64,000 bases of DNA from Methanobacteriota archaeon (GCA_963769885.1 CAVYNH010000001.1:13234-77233); one strand, 5' to 3'; positions 40,401 through 49,933 are shown, counted from the first letter of the stretch. Translations and numbers: made by a program. The notes: generated by a model from the sequence alone, not told the origin.

Positions 40401-42037
40401 CCTTGACCAATCCCAGCCCAGCGAATGCTTCTACGACCGTACCAATAACCACCACGACTCTCAGCATCAAAATCCAAGACCCCGAGGGAGACTCGTTCAA
40501 CTGGACCATGACAACGACGCCGGACATCGGCAGCAGCTCAGGTACATCCGCAAGCAACGGCACCAAATCCTGCAGCGTCTCCGGCTTGACGTATTCAACC
40601 ACGTATAATTGGACCGCCAAGGCCTACGACGGGCATCACTGGACGAACGCAACCTACACCTTCACGACACAGAACGCGCCCGTCAACAATCCACCCACCC
40701 TCACCAGCCCAACACCCGCCAACGGCTCAACCACCGTATCAGTCTCGACAGCATCCCTCACCATCCTCATCCGGGACCCCGAGGCAGACCCGTTCAACTG
40801 GACCATGACAACGACGCCGAACATCGGCAGCAGCTCTGGAACCTCCGCAAGCAACGGCACCAAAACCTGTCCGATTTCCGGCCTCGCCTACTCTACTGTC
40901 TATTCATGGACCGCGCACGCCTACGACGGCCACCACTGGACCAACGCGACTTACACCTTCACGACTCAAAACGTGACCGTCAATTCCCCTCCCGTCGTCT
41001 CCAGCCCCAGCCCTGCAAACGGATCCAGCGATCTGTCCACCCAATCGACGACGCTGCACATCACGATCCGAGACCAGGAAGGAGACGACTTCAACTGGAC
41101 GATCACCACCATTCCTAACATCGGCAGCAGCTCAGGCACCGCCTCCGTAAACGGCACCAAGAACTGCACCGTCACACACCTTGCCTTTTCGACCACCTAC
41201 ACCTGGGTTGTCCGAGCCACTGACGGACACGGGTGGACCAACAAGACGTACCACTTCTCCACCCAGGCTCAGCAAGGCGGCGGCAACCCCCCGCAAGGCG
41301 GGGAGCCTCCAGGCAACGGTGGCGCGACAGAGAACCATCCCCCGCAGACACCCGCGCGACCCCGCGGCACAGTCCTCCTTGAGATCGGCGTCGGCTCCAC
41401 GTTCACCAGCTCAGTAGTCGACCAGGACGGCGACAGCCTCCGCTACCGCTTCGACTGGGGAGACGGGACGATCAGTGACTGGAGCGCATGGCAAGCGCCG
41501 AACACCACGATCTCCATGGAACATCACTGGACGACGAACGGCACTTACCTGGTCCGAGTCCTCGCGCAAGACGAACCTGGAGAGAACAGCAGCTGGTCCC
41601 CCACCCTCACCGTGACGGTCACCGCAGCCGCTGAGACAGTTTCCCACCCCGAAGGGCAGATCGAGATCCCCTCGGTCATCCCAGCAAACAAAGGCGTCGT
41701 CTTCAACGCCTCAGGATGGACGAACCTCACCGGGGATGCCCTCACCTACACCTGGGACTTCGGGGATGGAACCACCGGCACCGGGATGACCATCACCCAT
41801 GTCTACGCGAAGCCCGGGAACTACACCGTCACCCTCACCGTCACGAACAGCAGCGGCCACCGCCAGACCAAGACCGTCGCCATCACGGTCACCAGCTCCA
41901 CCACCGCCCTCGCTCAAACCTCCCGAGCACCCCTCCTCAGCCCCCTCCCACTCCTCCTGATAGTAGTCACCATACTCCTCTTCGTCGCCATCGTCATCTG
42001 GCTCGTGAAACGATATCTAAAACCTCGGAAAACCTAA
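37475..42037 (+). CDS. 1520-aa gingipain-like C25 peptidase with six Ig/FnIII-like repeats, PKD domains and a C-terminal TM anchor
   Basis: PGLPALP propeptide, YVIIT, YILLGGD, IGRI, NHLDHS / SQGC dyad, LFGDP, WDFGDG, TM + basic tail. Confidence 0.9.
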   Translation: MEGVIVRRWTNKGSGTQKTTSSLLHTIPVILLLLSTTAAPAIAGPSHTTGSGASLSYTFSFRTPTLTEIQLDNRTFTKIEMDECLASSQPGLPALPVFPAHLLLPPGATVTSIHTPTQGTIDLHLDTPVLPAQELVHPGTDEIPAFVMNTSAYASPTPVSDTIYENQGIGYCRGYTILTLTIHPVRYIPKTGSLSYYPELTLTIDLQQPDATRLGKATTFLRDNTADQAAIRGLVDNPSLLTAYNPTIDAPLGDDPLRTDGLCSASGHYPYVIITSNSLKSTTGYPYNWTSLITHRETHDGLNGTIVTVQDIDACHAYWNTTALYNDSQAHIREFCKDAYQNWETDYILLGGDWDSAPSDQIVPYRLFTDRYLPGDLYQTMACDMYYSHLDGTWWDATDNVWGGSAGSGANNLYAELYIGRIAAYNASMVSNAVQKIIWYDLSASGDWLHQAVFAGGNLGWSATSKQYMEELRLGTDTYRTFTGFQEWNTAHPASTIDFETYYHADLGSNYPEYFSDSIEDDNASIINHLDHSDWNSPFGLTWWSDRINAKPFFGYSQGCLAGRFHEGYAGSEQLQCRFAGRNAFALILNTGYGYGSYYDTDGASQALECYFWDYFFNNQSAHTENWQLGRAQAYSEDKMSTYIDSYSHAWCYAWYSSHLFGDPAQTLRLSDTPQENIHLASESPTNGSTTVPITTTSLSVQITHALGHTFNYTIQTSPNIGSASGTGVHNGTKSCTITGLSYATTYQWTVRVTDGESWVNETYTFTTQNAPINHPPTLTSPSPTNGATGVSISTSSLSITIQDQDGDHFNWTITTAPNIGSSAGTSSTNGTKTCAVSGLAYSTAYTWTVRANDGHQWTNTSYTFTTQSAPVNNPPALSNPSPGNGSTSIPISTTSLSITIGDPEGDPFNWTITTTPNIGSGSGTLAGNESKSCSVSGLAYSTLYTWTARAYDGHHWTNATYTFTTQSAPINNPPTLTNPSPANASTTVPITTTTLSIKIQDPEGDSFNWTMTTTPDIGSSSGTSASNGTKSCSVSGLTYSTTYNWTAKAYDGHHWTNATYTFTTQNAPVNNPPTLTSPTPANGSTTVSVSTASLTILIRDPEADPFNWTMTTTPNIGSSSGTSASNGTKTCPISGLAYSTVYSWTAHAYDGHHWTNATYTFTTQNVTVNSPPVVSSPSPANGSSDLSTQSTTLHITIRDQEGDDFNWTITTIPNIGSSSGTASVNGTKNCTVTHLAFSTTYTWVVRATDGHGWTNKTYHFSTQAQQGGGNPPQGGEPPGNGGATENHPPQTPARPRGTVLLEIGVGSTFTSSVVDQDGDSLRYRFDWGDGTISDWSAWQAPNTTISMEHHWTTNGTYLVRVLAQDEPGENSSWSPTLTVTVTAAAETVSHPEGQIEIPSVIPANKGVVFNASGWTNLTGDALTYTWDFGDGTTGTGMTITHVYAKPGNYTVTLTVTNSSGHRQTKTVAITVTSSTTALAQTSRAPLLSPLPLLLIVVTILLFVAIVIWLVKRYLKPRKT
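39497..41270 (+). repeat. Six ~297-bp (99-aa) intragenic tandem repeats
   Basis: N.PP units at 39794, 40091, 40388, 40685 and 40982, plus a diverged first copy. Confidence 0.9.
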
Positions 42038-42190
42038 GAAAAACGCCTCCTTTTATTAAGATTAATAAATAAAAAACAGGAGACCACGCCTTTCTCTCGA
42101 AGGAATCGGAGAAAAAAACAGGTGAAAACGACGCCACCCTCCCAAAGATAATTTTTTATATACAAGAATCATAGTAACAGACTTGAAGCT

Positions 42191-43375
42191 ATGTGGTACC
42201 TCATCCTTGGACTTCTCGGGCTCCTCTACCTGGCATCCAACACCATCCTCCCTAGCCAAGGCACCATCGGCACCTACCTCCTCCAACCCCTCCTCTGGAT
42301 AGGCCTCGCCATCCTCACCTTACTCGTCGCCAAAAACGAAGACCTCAACATCCTCAAGTTCAAACGTGTCTCCCACTGGTACTTCGGCAACTCACCCCTC
42401 CAGGCCGGCCTCCTCATCGGCGGCCTCCAAGTCACCCTCCTCATCCTCGTCGGCGTCTTCACCGGCTTCGGAAAAAGCCCCAACAGCTTCACCCCCACCC
42501 CCCTCATCCTCAACCTCGTCTTCGTCGCCTCCCTCCTCACCGGCACCGAGATCACCCGCGCCTACCTCATAAAACGCGGCACGCAAACCCGCAGGCACAC
42601 CACCCTCGTCCTCATCGCCGCCACCGTCATCTACGCCGCCTTCCAACTCACCATCACCCAGATCCTCACCCTCACCACAAACACCCCCATCATCCTCCTC
42701 GAATTCCTCGGAAAAACCGTCATCACCGCCATCGCCATCAACCTCCTCGCCTCCTACCTCTCCTACATGGGCGGCGCCACCGCCTCCCTCAGCTACATCG
42801 GCATCCTCACCGCCTTCGACTGGTTCTCCCCAATCCTCCCCAACCCCCACTGGACCATCCTCGCCCTCATCGGCACCATCATCCCCGCCATCGGCTACTC
42901 CCTCATCCAAAACTCCATCCGAGAACCAGGCATCAAAAAACACCGGAAACCACACCGAACCACCGCCGACGGCTATGGCTGGACCGCCGTCACCGTCTTC
43001 AGCGTCCTCATCGTCTTCTTCTCCTTCGGATACCTCGGCGTCAAACCCACCGTCATCTACAGCGGCAGCATGCAACCAGAACTCCAAGTCGGCGACCTCG
43101 CCATCATCCAAAAAACCGACCCCGCCACCCTCAAAAATGGAGACATCATCCAATTCAACAACGACAACATGACCCTTATCCACCGCGTCATCAACATCAC
43201 CTCACAACAAGGCCAGACACTTTATACCACCAAAGGCGATGCCAATAAAGACCCCGACATCCCCCCCATTAAAGAAGACCAAATCATCGGCAAATCCATC
43301 TTCACCATCCCCAAGATAGGATGGATACAAATCCTCGTCAAAGACCTCGCCAGAAAAGCAGGCATCAAAGTCTAA
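42191..43375 (+). CDS. sipW: Signal peptidase I of SipW type fused to a multi-pass membrane domain
   Basis: SGSMQP..GDL, IHRV, TKGDAN..PD, IPKIGW; ~7 N-terminal TM helices. Confidence 0.88.
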   Translation: MWYLILGLLGLLYLASNTILPSQGTIGTYLLQPLLWIGLAILTLLVAKNEDLNILKFKRVSHWYFGNSPLQAGLLIGGLQVTLLILVGVFTGFGKSPNSFTPTPLILNLVFVASLLTGTEITRAYLIKRGTQTRRHTTLVLIAATVIYAAFQLTITQILTLTTNTPIILLEFLGKTVITAIAINLLASYLSYMGGATASLSYIGILTAFDWFSPILPNPHWTILALIGTIIPAIGYSLIQNSIREPGIKKHRKPHRTTADGYGWTAVTVFSVLIVFFSFGYLGVKPTVIYSGSMQPELQVGDLAIIQKTDPATLKNGDIIQFNNDNMTLIHRVINITSQQGQTLYTTKGDANKDPDIPPIKEDQIIGKSIFTIPKIGWIQILVKDLARKAGIKV

Positions 43376-43392
43376 AAAAAAGAGAATGCACC

Positions 43393-44643
43393 ATGAGTAG
43401 AGCCAAAAACAGAAAAGCCAGGACCCTCCCCAGAAAAACCATCCCACGGACACCGCGGTACATCATCATTGCCGTAATCAGTGTCATCCTCATCTACGCC
43501 CTCACCAGCACCTACCTCGCCTACCAAACACCCACGACACAACGACAGACCCAAACCATCGTCCATTACTCAAACAACGGCCGCTTCACCTACCTCATCT
43601 ACCTCCACAACAACACTATCTACAATAAAACCGTCCTCTACCCAGAAGAAGGCATCATCTTCACCCAACTCCTGGACCACATCAACGCCACGTTCACCTA
43701 CACCTACGAAATCAACACCACCTCATCCATCAGCGGCAACTGCAGCATCCTAGGCATCATCCAAACCAACCTGTGGAGCAAAACCTTTTCCCTCCGCCCC
43801 CAAACCCCCTTCAGCGCCATGGGACAGTACGCCACCGCGACCGTGGACTTCCCCATCGACTACGCGTACTTCGAACAAGTCTTAGAAGAAATCAATACAG
43901 AGACCGGCGTCCCGGCCCAAAACCCCGTCCTCATCATCCAAAGCCATGTGACTATCACCGCGCATACAAACCAAGGGGCCGTCTTCACATCCTTCTTCCC
44001 CGCCTTCAACCTGACCCTCGGACAGCGAACCATCGATGTTTCAAAGAATCTGATCTCCAGCGACCCGGGATCATTAACAAAAACAATAACGATAGAGACC
44101 CCTAATATCCAATCCCAGAGAAACAACTGGTCCATCATCAGCATTATCACCCTCCTCGGGCTGGCCTCAGTTGTACTATTCACCGCGAGTCCTGTCGAAA
44201 CAAAAACAAATACAGTGACCGAGGTCAAAAAAATCAAGAAGAAATATAACGAGTGGATTGTCGAAGCAGACGAACATCCGGATGCTGCGGAAGCCCGCAT
44301 CGTTTCCATTAAGTCAATCCAGGATCTCGCTAAAATCGGAGAGGAACTCGGGAAGCCCATCATCCATTATTCCCCAAAAAACGAGAACGACAAGAACAAT
44401 ACCTTCTATGTCATCGATGAAACAGTCTTTTATGAATACGTGCTCAAGCCAGCGGAGAGCAGCAAAAAAAGCACCACCTGCCCACAATGTGGGGCAACCA
44501 TCGACTATGAGGAAAATGCAGGACGAAAAGTAACCTTACGATGCCCGAACTGTGGAAGTAAGGCAGTCGCTGACGTATCTGAGGAAAAACCCTGGTCAAA
44601 TCTGTTAGCTCGAATAAAAAAACGAAGACTCAATGGCAAATAA
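43393..44643 (+). CDS. DUF5305-like membrane protein with a C-terminal zinc ribbon
   Basis: Two TMs, KYNEWIVE..SIQDLAKIGEELGKPIIH..FYVID..YEY, CPQC..CPNC; follows sipW. Confidence 0.7.
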   Translation: MSRAKNRKARTLPRKTIPRTPRYIIIAVISVILIYALTSTYLAYQTPTTQRQTQTIVHYSNNGRFTYLIYLHNNTIYNKTVLYPEEGIIFTQLLDHINATFTYTYEINTTSSISGNCSILGIIQTNLWSKTFSLRPQTPFSAMGQYATATVDFPIDYAYFEQVLEEINTETGVPAQNPVLIIQSHVTITAHTNQGAVFTSFFPAFNLTLGQRTIDVSKNLISSDPGSLTKTITIETPNIQSQRNNWSIISIITLLGLASVVLFTASPVETKTNTVTEVKKIKKKYNEWIVEADEHPDAAEARIVSIKSIQDLAKIGEELGKPIIHYSPKNENDKNNTFYVIDETVFYEYVLKPAESSKKSTTCPQCGATIDYEENAGRKVTLRCPNCGSKAVADVSEEKPWSNLLARIKKRRLNGK

Positions 44644-44758
44644 CCAAAGAATCTAAGGAAATTTTACTGTTTTCTCCCTGTCTATAATCTAGACTAGTAT
44701 CTGCTTTGACTTCGATGGAACCAATGGCGATGTTTCAACAGCTTGTGTTGTAGGTAGG

Positions 44759-45142
44759 TTAGGCGATAAGGGAGGCGATGAGGTAGCCGAGGACGACGAG
44801 GAAGGCGCCGGTGAAGTATATCAGGAGGGATGAGACGGATGTGTGGCGCCATTTTTTGATGTTTTGGTGGAGGATGAAGTTGGCGCTGATGACGAAGACG
44901 CCGAAGATGCTGATGATGGGGACCAGCTTAATGATGAGTTTTGAGAGTTCGGCGATGACAGGGGTGAGGAGGCCGAGGATGCCCATGCTGCCGATGTAGA
45001 TGACGACGGCTTCGTGTTTTTGGCGGTATCTGCCGCCGCTTTTGAAGCCGTGGGCGGTGGTGGTGTAGAGGAAGCCGGTGATGAAGGTGATGATCATCCC
45101 GGTGAGGATGAGGGTTCCCTCCTCGGTCAGGAAGTCTGCCAT
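44759..45142 (-). CDS. Four-TM membrane protein
   Basis: Hydrophobic 127 aa. Confidence 0.75.
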   Translation of the reverse strand: MADFLTEEGTLILTGMIITFITGFLYTTTAHGFKSGGRYRQKHEAVVIYIGSMGILGLLTPVIAELSKLIIKLVPIISIFGVFVISANFILHQNIKKWRHTSVSSLLIYFTGAFLVVLGYLIASLIA

Positions 45143-45209
45143 GCGGTGCTCGCCATCCCAAGTGTATTGAGTGCGAATCTCCCATCCCTTTTTAAACCTG
45201 ATTTTTTTG

Positions 45210-45350
45210 TTAAAATTCTCGGTTGACTTTGGTGTCGATGATCCGTTGTGGTTCGAAGAACTCCTGTTGGCAGTTGGGGCAGTGGATGGGGTTCTCCCGC
45301 GATTCGCAGATCCACCGATGCCCGCAAAAGGGGCACATCTCTCGTTTCAT
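45210..45350 (-). CDS. Small zinc-finger protein (46 aa)
   Basis: CPFCGHRW...CPNC. Confidence 0.6.
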   Translation of the reverse strand: MKREMCPFCGHRWICESRENPIHCPNCQQEFFEPQRIIDTKVNREF

Positions 45351-45391
45351 GACACTGTGCTTCCCAAGTTGCATGTCCATGAGTTGTTTTT

Positions 45392-46651
45392 TTATGGGGT
45401 GTTTACGATGAGGAGGAACCCGAGGAGGAGGCCGGTGGTGGTGACGGTCTGTTTGCCGGCGTTCTTCGCGGTGGTGTGGACTTGGATTTGGACTTTGCCA
45501 AGGGCGAGGAGCGGGATCCGCTGCGTCTCGGCCTGTCCTGGCGTCAGGGTGTCGATGGTGTCGGAGAAGCTGAGGTTGATGTCGTTTTTCCGGCCGCCGG
45601 TGATCGTGATCGTCCATTTCAGCTGCGTCAGGTTCGTTGTGGCTGGGTTGTAGAGTCGGACGCGTAGGCCGAGGGGTCCGCCGTGGATTTCGATGCCGGT
45701 TTTCGGGGGGTAGACGACGTAGGCGGCGGCATAGCCGACCTTGCAGCAGCCGTATTCGATGTACATGAAGCCGTTCTCGCCCCAGTAGGGTCCCCAGGAG
45801 TTTTTCAGGATCCAGCAGCCGTGCTCGCCGAGGGTGTCGTCCCAGCCGACCAGGGTGACCGCATGGTTGATGTTCGCGGGGGAATTGTTGTTGAAGACTC
45901 CGCCGGTGTAGGCGCCGAAGGCTTCGTTGACGGCGACGCCGCTGGAGACGGGCCCGTAGGTGTAGATTGCGTTCTTTATTGCCTCGGTGCTGGGCACTCC
46001 TTGGTTGACGCCGACGTATTTCCATGAGTCGAGGTGGTACGGGTGATGGTAGGGGCCGTCGCAGGGTGCGTCCTCGGCGACGTACGGGAAGCCCTGTTCA
46101 AGGACCGCGCCTGAGCCGTCGAATGTGTCAGTACGCCATTGGTGGTAGTCGTGGGCGTACCAGCCGCCGTTGCATCCCCAGTGGTTCTGGTTGCAGCTGA
46201 CGAGCCATTGTTCGGAGAGGTCGACTTCGACGTGGTCGTGGATGAGGATCGCGCTTTCCATGGGTCCGACGGTGCCGAAGGCCCAGCAGCTGCCGCAGCC
46301 GTCTTGGTCCTTGACGCTGGAGACGCCGTTGTGGTCCCGCCAGTCCCATCGGTCCGGGAGGGTGGTGGTGGGCAGGCAGGGGTCGAAGCTGGCGTTGACC
46401 CACCAGTCTGCTGGCTCGACGAGTCCGCAGAGCTGTGAGAATGGGCGCTGGGTCGCGGGGTTCTCTCCGACCGTGAACGTCCAGCCGTTTTCTGTTGCGT
46501 GTTGCTGCATGGTGGCGATGTCTGCGGGGGTCAGCCAGGGCGTGGTGCCGGTCGTCGTGAGGGAGTCAAGCGTGCATCCGCAGGAGCCGAGGACGGTTGG
46601 TGTGATGAGGGTAAGGAGGCATAACAGGCAGGGTATCCAGGGGGTTTTCAT
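45392..46651 (-). CDS. Secreted papain-family (C1A) cysteine peptidase
   Basis: QDGCGSCWAF, NHAV, WILKNSWG..WGENG; shared C-terminal domain. Confidence 0.95.
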   Translation of the reverse strand: MKTPWIPCLLCLLTLITPTVLGSCGCTLDSLTTTGTTPWLTPADIATMQQHATENGWTFTVGENPATQRPFSQLCGLVEPADWWVNASFDPCLPTTTLPDRWDWRDHNGVSSVKDQDGCGSCWAFGTVGPMESAILIHDHVEVDLSEQWLVSCNQNHWGCNGGWYAHDYHQWRTDTFDGSGAVLEQGFPYVAEDAPCDGPYHHPYHLDSWKYVGVNQGVPSTEAIKNAIYTYGPVSSGVAVNEAFGAYTGGVFNNNSPANINHAVTLVGWDDTLGEHGCWILKNSWGPYWGENGFMYIEYGCCKVGYAAAYVVYPPKTGIEIHGGPLGLRVRLYNPATTNLTQLKWTITITGGRKNDINLSFSDTIDTLTPGQAETQRIPLLALGKVQIQVHTTAKNAGKQTVTTTGLLLGFLLIVNTP

Positions 46652-46854
46652 GAGGGATCCTCAGGGTGTTTTTATTCTTGATTTTACCTTAATTAATTCA
46701 GACTTATAAATATATCCTCCTGGGGTGGGGGGCGAGTCTGGTCCTGGCCGACGGTGGTGATGGGTTGGATGGTTTGCTACTGGCTTTTCCGGGGGAATAA
46801 TAACTAATTTATAGCAGGAGTGTGTTTCCTTGTGTGCACTCTAGGAGGAATGCG

Positions 46855-47490
46855 ATGCCTGCGTCGTCGTTTGAGCACATGCCAGTTGAGGCTTCTTGTG
46901 ATGACCGTCCCTCGTCCCCGATTGAGGTTCATCGGTTCCATTGTCTGCGGACGGTGTTTCTCGTCGGGTACGTCCTCGTCCTGATCGGGATGGTGCTGTC
47001 TGTCCGGTTCGTCTCCGCGGAGACGGATCTGGGCAAGGTGATCCTCGTGTTCGGCCTTTTGGTGGGACCGGCTGCGATGTTGTTGTTGCTCCTGCATGTG
47101 TACGAGACGTGGGGGCTGGTGCGGTTTGGCACACATGCCGTGCCGTTGACGCTTGATTTAACGTACTTCGGGTTCTTCGTCGTGTCCGCGGTCACCTTCG
47201 GTGGGTTCTGGTCTCTCTTTCTTTTCTATGAGATCAGCGCCCCGGCGCTCAGTCTGATGTGGTGGGGGCTGGTGGTGTTATTGGTCGGGGAGTTGCTGGG
47301 CTGCATGCTAGCCTCGCGGTTCATCGTGAGACGGTTGGTGTGTCCTCGGCTGCCGTCGTTCTTTGCGCACTCGGAGCACCATAATTTCCGTCACCCGCGG
47401 GACCGGCCGCGGCTGTTCCTTCACCGGAACATCCCGAATTGGGCGATCTGGGAGCAGGATGACTGCTTCATCCGGATGAAGCACGGGTAG
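46855..47490 (+). CDS. Membrane protein
   Basis: AGGAGG RBS; about four TM helices. Confidence 0.65.
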   Translation: MPASSFEHMPVEASCDDRPSSPIEVHRFHCLRTVFLVGYVLVLIGMVLSVRFVSAETDLGKVILVFGLLVGPAAMLLLLLHVYETWGLVRFGTHAVPLTLDLTYFGFFVVSAVTFGGFWSLFLFYEISAPALSLMWWGLVVLLVGELLGCMLASRFIVRRLVCPRLPSFFAHSEHHNFRHPRDRPRLFLHRNIPNWAIWEQDDCFIRMKHG

Positions 47491-47576
47491 TCCTTGGACT
47501 GGGGAAAAAGGAGAAAGGGGTCTCTCCCCGTCTTTTTTTTTGATTTGTGGTCGAGGAGAGAGGACGATTGCGGGTT

Positions 47577-47804
47577 TTAGAAGGAGCTGATGAGTTCGGC
47601 GATCCGTTTCCGCTTGTCTTCCTCGTCGGGGAGGGTGATGGAGGATTTCCATTTCTTCGTCCCGTCCGGGAGGTAGAACCCGCGGGAGACCGCGAGGAAT
47701 TCTTTTGAGAGTGCTTCACCGATGGCCTTCTTTCTGGCGACTTCGATGAAGTTGTTTTTTCCAAACTTCACTTCTTCGGCTTTCATTGTCTCGAATTCAA
47801 CCAT
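47577..47804 (-). CDS. Small protein, possibly PC4-like nucleic-acid-binding fold
   Basis: KEFLAVSRGFYLPDGTKKWKSSITLP plus a terminal helix. Confidence 0.7.
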   Translation of the reverse strand: MVEFETMKAEEVKFGKNNFIEVARKKAIGEALSKEFLAVSRGFYLPDGTKKWKSSITLPDEEDKRKRIAELISSF

Positions 47805-47917
47805 TGCAATCACTTTGGCGCCAGGGAAGTGCATAACTGGATTTAAATTTTTTCACTTGGTGGAAATGCAGCATTCTCGGTTGTTTGGGGTGAAAAAAAG
47901 AGGAGGAGGGGGGCACG

Positions 47918-48145
47918 TCAGCAGAACCCTTTGACGTACCCTGCGGCTGGTTTGGGGGTGACGAGAGGAGTATGGGCTGGTGGTCGGGGAAACGGTTTCT
48001 TGACGCTTGGCTGTGGACAGTGGAGTCTGAGTGGTGTGGTGAAGCTTTTCATCCGCTGTTCGTAGACAAAGACCTTGGCGATGTCTTCGATTTCCTCGAC
48101 CATCGCCTCGTCACTGGCCGCTCCAACGATTTTGATTCCCGCCAT
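47918..48145 (-). CDS. Small protein, paralog of 10223-10345
   Basis: GGAGGTG RBS; IVGAASDEAMVEEIEDIAKVFVYEQRMKS. Confidence 0.7.
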   Translation of the reverse strand: MAGIKIVGAASDEAMVEEIEDIAKVFVYEQRMKSFTTPLRLHCPQPSVKKPFPRPPAHTPLVTPKPAAGYVKGFC

Positions 48146-48361
48146 AAACACCTCCGCGCCTTTGCTAGTCTTTGACTAGCAATGTACTATTTGTCACTAC
48201 TTGCATATAAACTTTCTGAAAAAAACAAGGCTCTGGCGGCGTCCAGCGTCCGTCATGGAGAACCAGGCGGGCTACCCACTCAACCCGGGAGGGGTGGCTC
48301 GATAGGCGGCTGGAAAGTATTAAAAGCATGGAACAAATAATGGCCTTCAGGAAGGAAGGGC

Positions 48362-48847
48362 ATGGCTGCGGACGTCCCAGAAGGCGCAAGTATACGGCTC
48401 CGGGCGAAGTACCGGCGGATCACGCTGTGGTTGCTCATCGTCGCGATCATTTTCACGGTCTGGACCCTTTCCGTCCTCTTCGCGGTGTTCTCCCTGCAGT
48501 TGGGCGGACGGTGGACGATAATCTCGCCGACGTACTGGGTTGTGGCAGACGTCATCGTCGTCGCCCTGGTCCTGCTCATCGATGCCCTGATTTTCATGCG
48601 GTATCAGGGGAAGACCCGATCCACGCGACCCAAGGTCGTGAAGGAGAAGAAGGGGCGGAGAGCCAGGAAGGAGAAGGCTCCTGAGCCGGAGATGCTCAAG
48701 GGCAGACAGGTCTACACCGTGACGCTGCCGCACGGTGCTAAAGGCGGGATCTTCAGCAAGACCTTCGTCGCCATTGACGACCGCCGCGTGCTCCAGCTGC
48801 GCTACCAGATGATCCCTCCAGCGACGCTGTGGCCGCTGCAGCAATGA
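48362..48847 (+). CDS. Two-TM membrane protein
   Basis: Two hydrophobic helices followed by a basic region. Confidence 0.75.
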   Translation: MAADVPEGASIRLRAKYRRITLWLLIVAIIFTVWTLSVLFAVFSLQLGGRWTIISPTYWVVADVIVVALVLLIDALIFMRYQGKTRSTRPKVVKEKKGRRARKEKAPEPEMLKGRQVYTVTLPHGAKGGIFSKTFVAIDDRRVLQLRYQMIPPATLWPLQQ

Positions 48848-49320
48848 ACATACCAATGAAATACGTCAGCATTCTGCTTGCAACTTTCACATCGCAACTA
48901 TCCTCTTGACCTTACTGGAAATTTTTTGTTATCGGTCCCGGATGGATTGATCTACCTGGATACTCGCAATCAGTTTTCAGTTTTTTTATCGAAAGATAAG
49001 CTAAGCTATTAAGGATAAACATCAGATTCTGCCGGAACCATCACATTTTCGGATGCACGGTCTTCAGAGAAGGAGAAGGGGAGATAGATTGGATTTGTGC
49101 TGAATATAGGCCGTAAGCCTCTTTACTGCTCCTAAAAACAATCTTATTAGAAGTTCAAAAAATTGTAATTTCTCGAGAAGAAACCCTGATTATTAAAGAG
49201 ATTTTATTAGGAATAATCAATCAAGAAGTTGATGAATCTCCTAATCCCACGACAACTTAATTGAAAAAAGAAGGAAAGTATCAACTGACTTTTCTTCACA
49301 GAAGAAGAGAACGGCGTGCT

Positions 49321-49629
49321 TCACTTCTCTGTTGGAATTATCTTGATGCTATTTTTGTCTGGTATCAATGAGACTACATCGTTAGCTTTCAAATGGTATT
49401 TCGTGGCAAGTTCTTTTGGAATGCGAAACCCTAGACTTTGTCCCCATCTTGTGACCTTCGCGCGATATAACTTTATCGCCCTGTATCGGTCAGCAACATC
49501 ATGAAGCTGCTTCATATCAACGATCTCATCGCCGCACTTCGAACAAGCGTAATATTTATAGCTGATTCCCTCTGGAGTCAACGCCTCTTTCTCTTCCATC
49601 TGTTTTCCACACGTACCACATTTTTTCAT
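49321..49629 (-). CDS. Antitoxin-like protein: zinc ribbon + AbrB/MazE domain
   Basis: CGTC...CSKC; VTRWGQSLGFRIPKE. Confidence 0.85.
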   Translation of the reverse strand: MKKCGTCGKQMEEKEALTPEGISYKYYACSKCGDEIVDMKQLHDVADRYRAIKLYRAKVTRWGQSLGFRIPKELATKYHLKANDVVSLIPDKNSIKIIPTEK

Positions 49630-49630
49630 A

Positions 49631-49870
49631 TTACACCTTCTTTTCTATAGTTACAATTTTTATTCTGTTTCCAATGATTTCGTCAACGCAAATTACCGTG
49701 AAGTGTTTGTATTTTTTACTGAATTTCACGTTACTCTTACCATATCTTTTTATCGTTCCACCTTTGATGGTTGCTTCGATCATATCCGGTGTTATTCCTC
49801 GGTCCATGGCACGTATGAATGCGTGCCGTTTGATCTCTACTTCATATTGAGAGATATCCATTGATATCAT
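49631..49870 (-). CDS. DUF4258/RelE-like toxin
   Basis: HAFIRAMDRGIT..IE..I..G, KIVT; directly upstream of the antitoxin. Confidence 0.78.
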   Translation of the reverse strand: MISMDISQYEVEIKRHAFIRAMDRGITPDMIEATIKGGTIKRYGKSNVKFSKKYKHFTVICVDEIIGNRIKIVTIEKKV

Positions 49871-49933
49871 ATAGTATCCTTTAATATATAAAAGTATTGT
49901 CTGAAAATTGCTAAGTGGGGGCCGTAAGCCTCT

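Noticed and set aside
39497-41270. Repeats as a diversity-generating retroelement template/variable pair
   Set aside because: They are in-frame domain repeats, their differences are not confined to adenines, and no reverse transcriptase is present.
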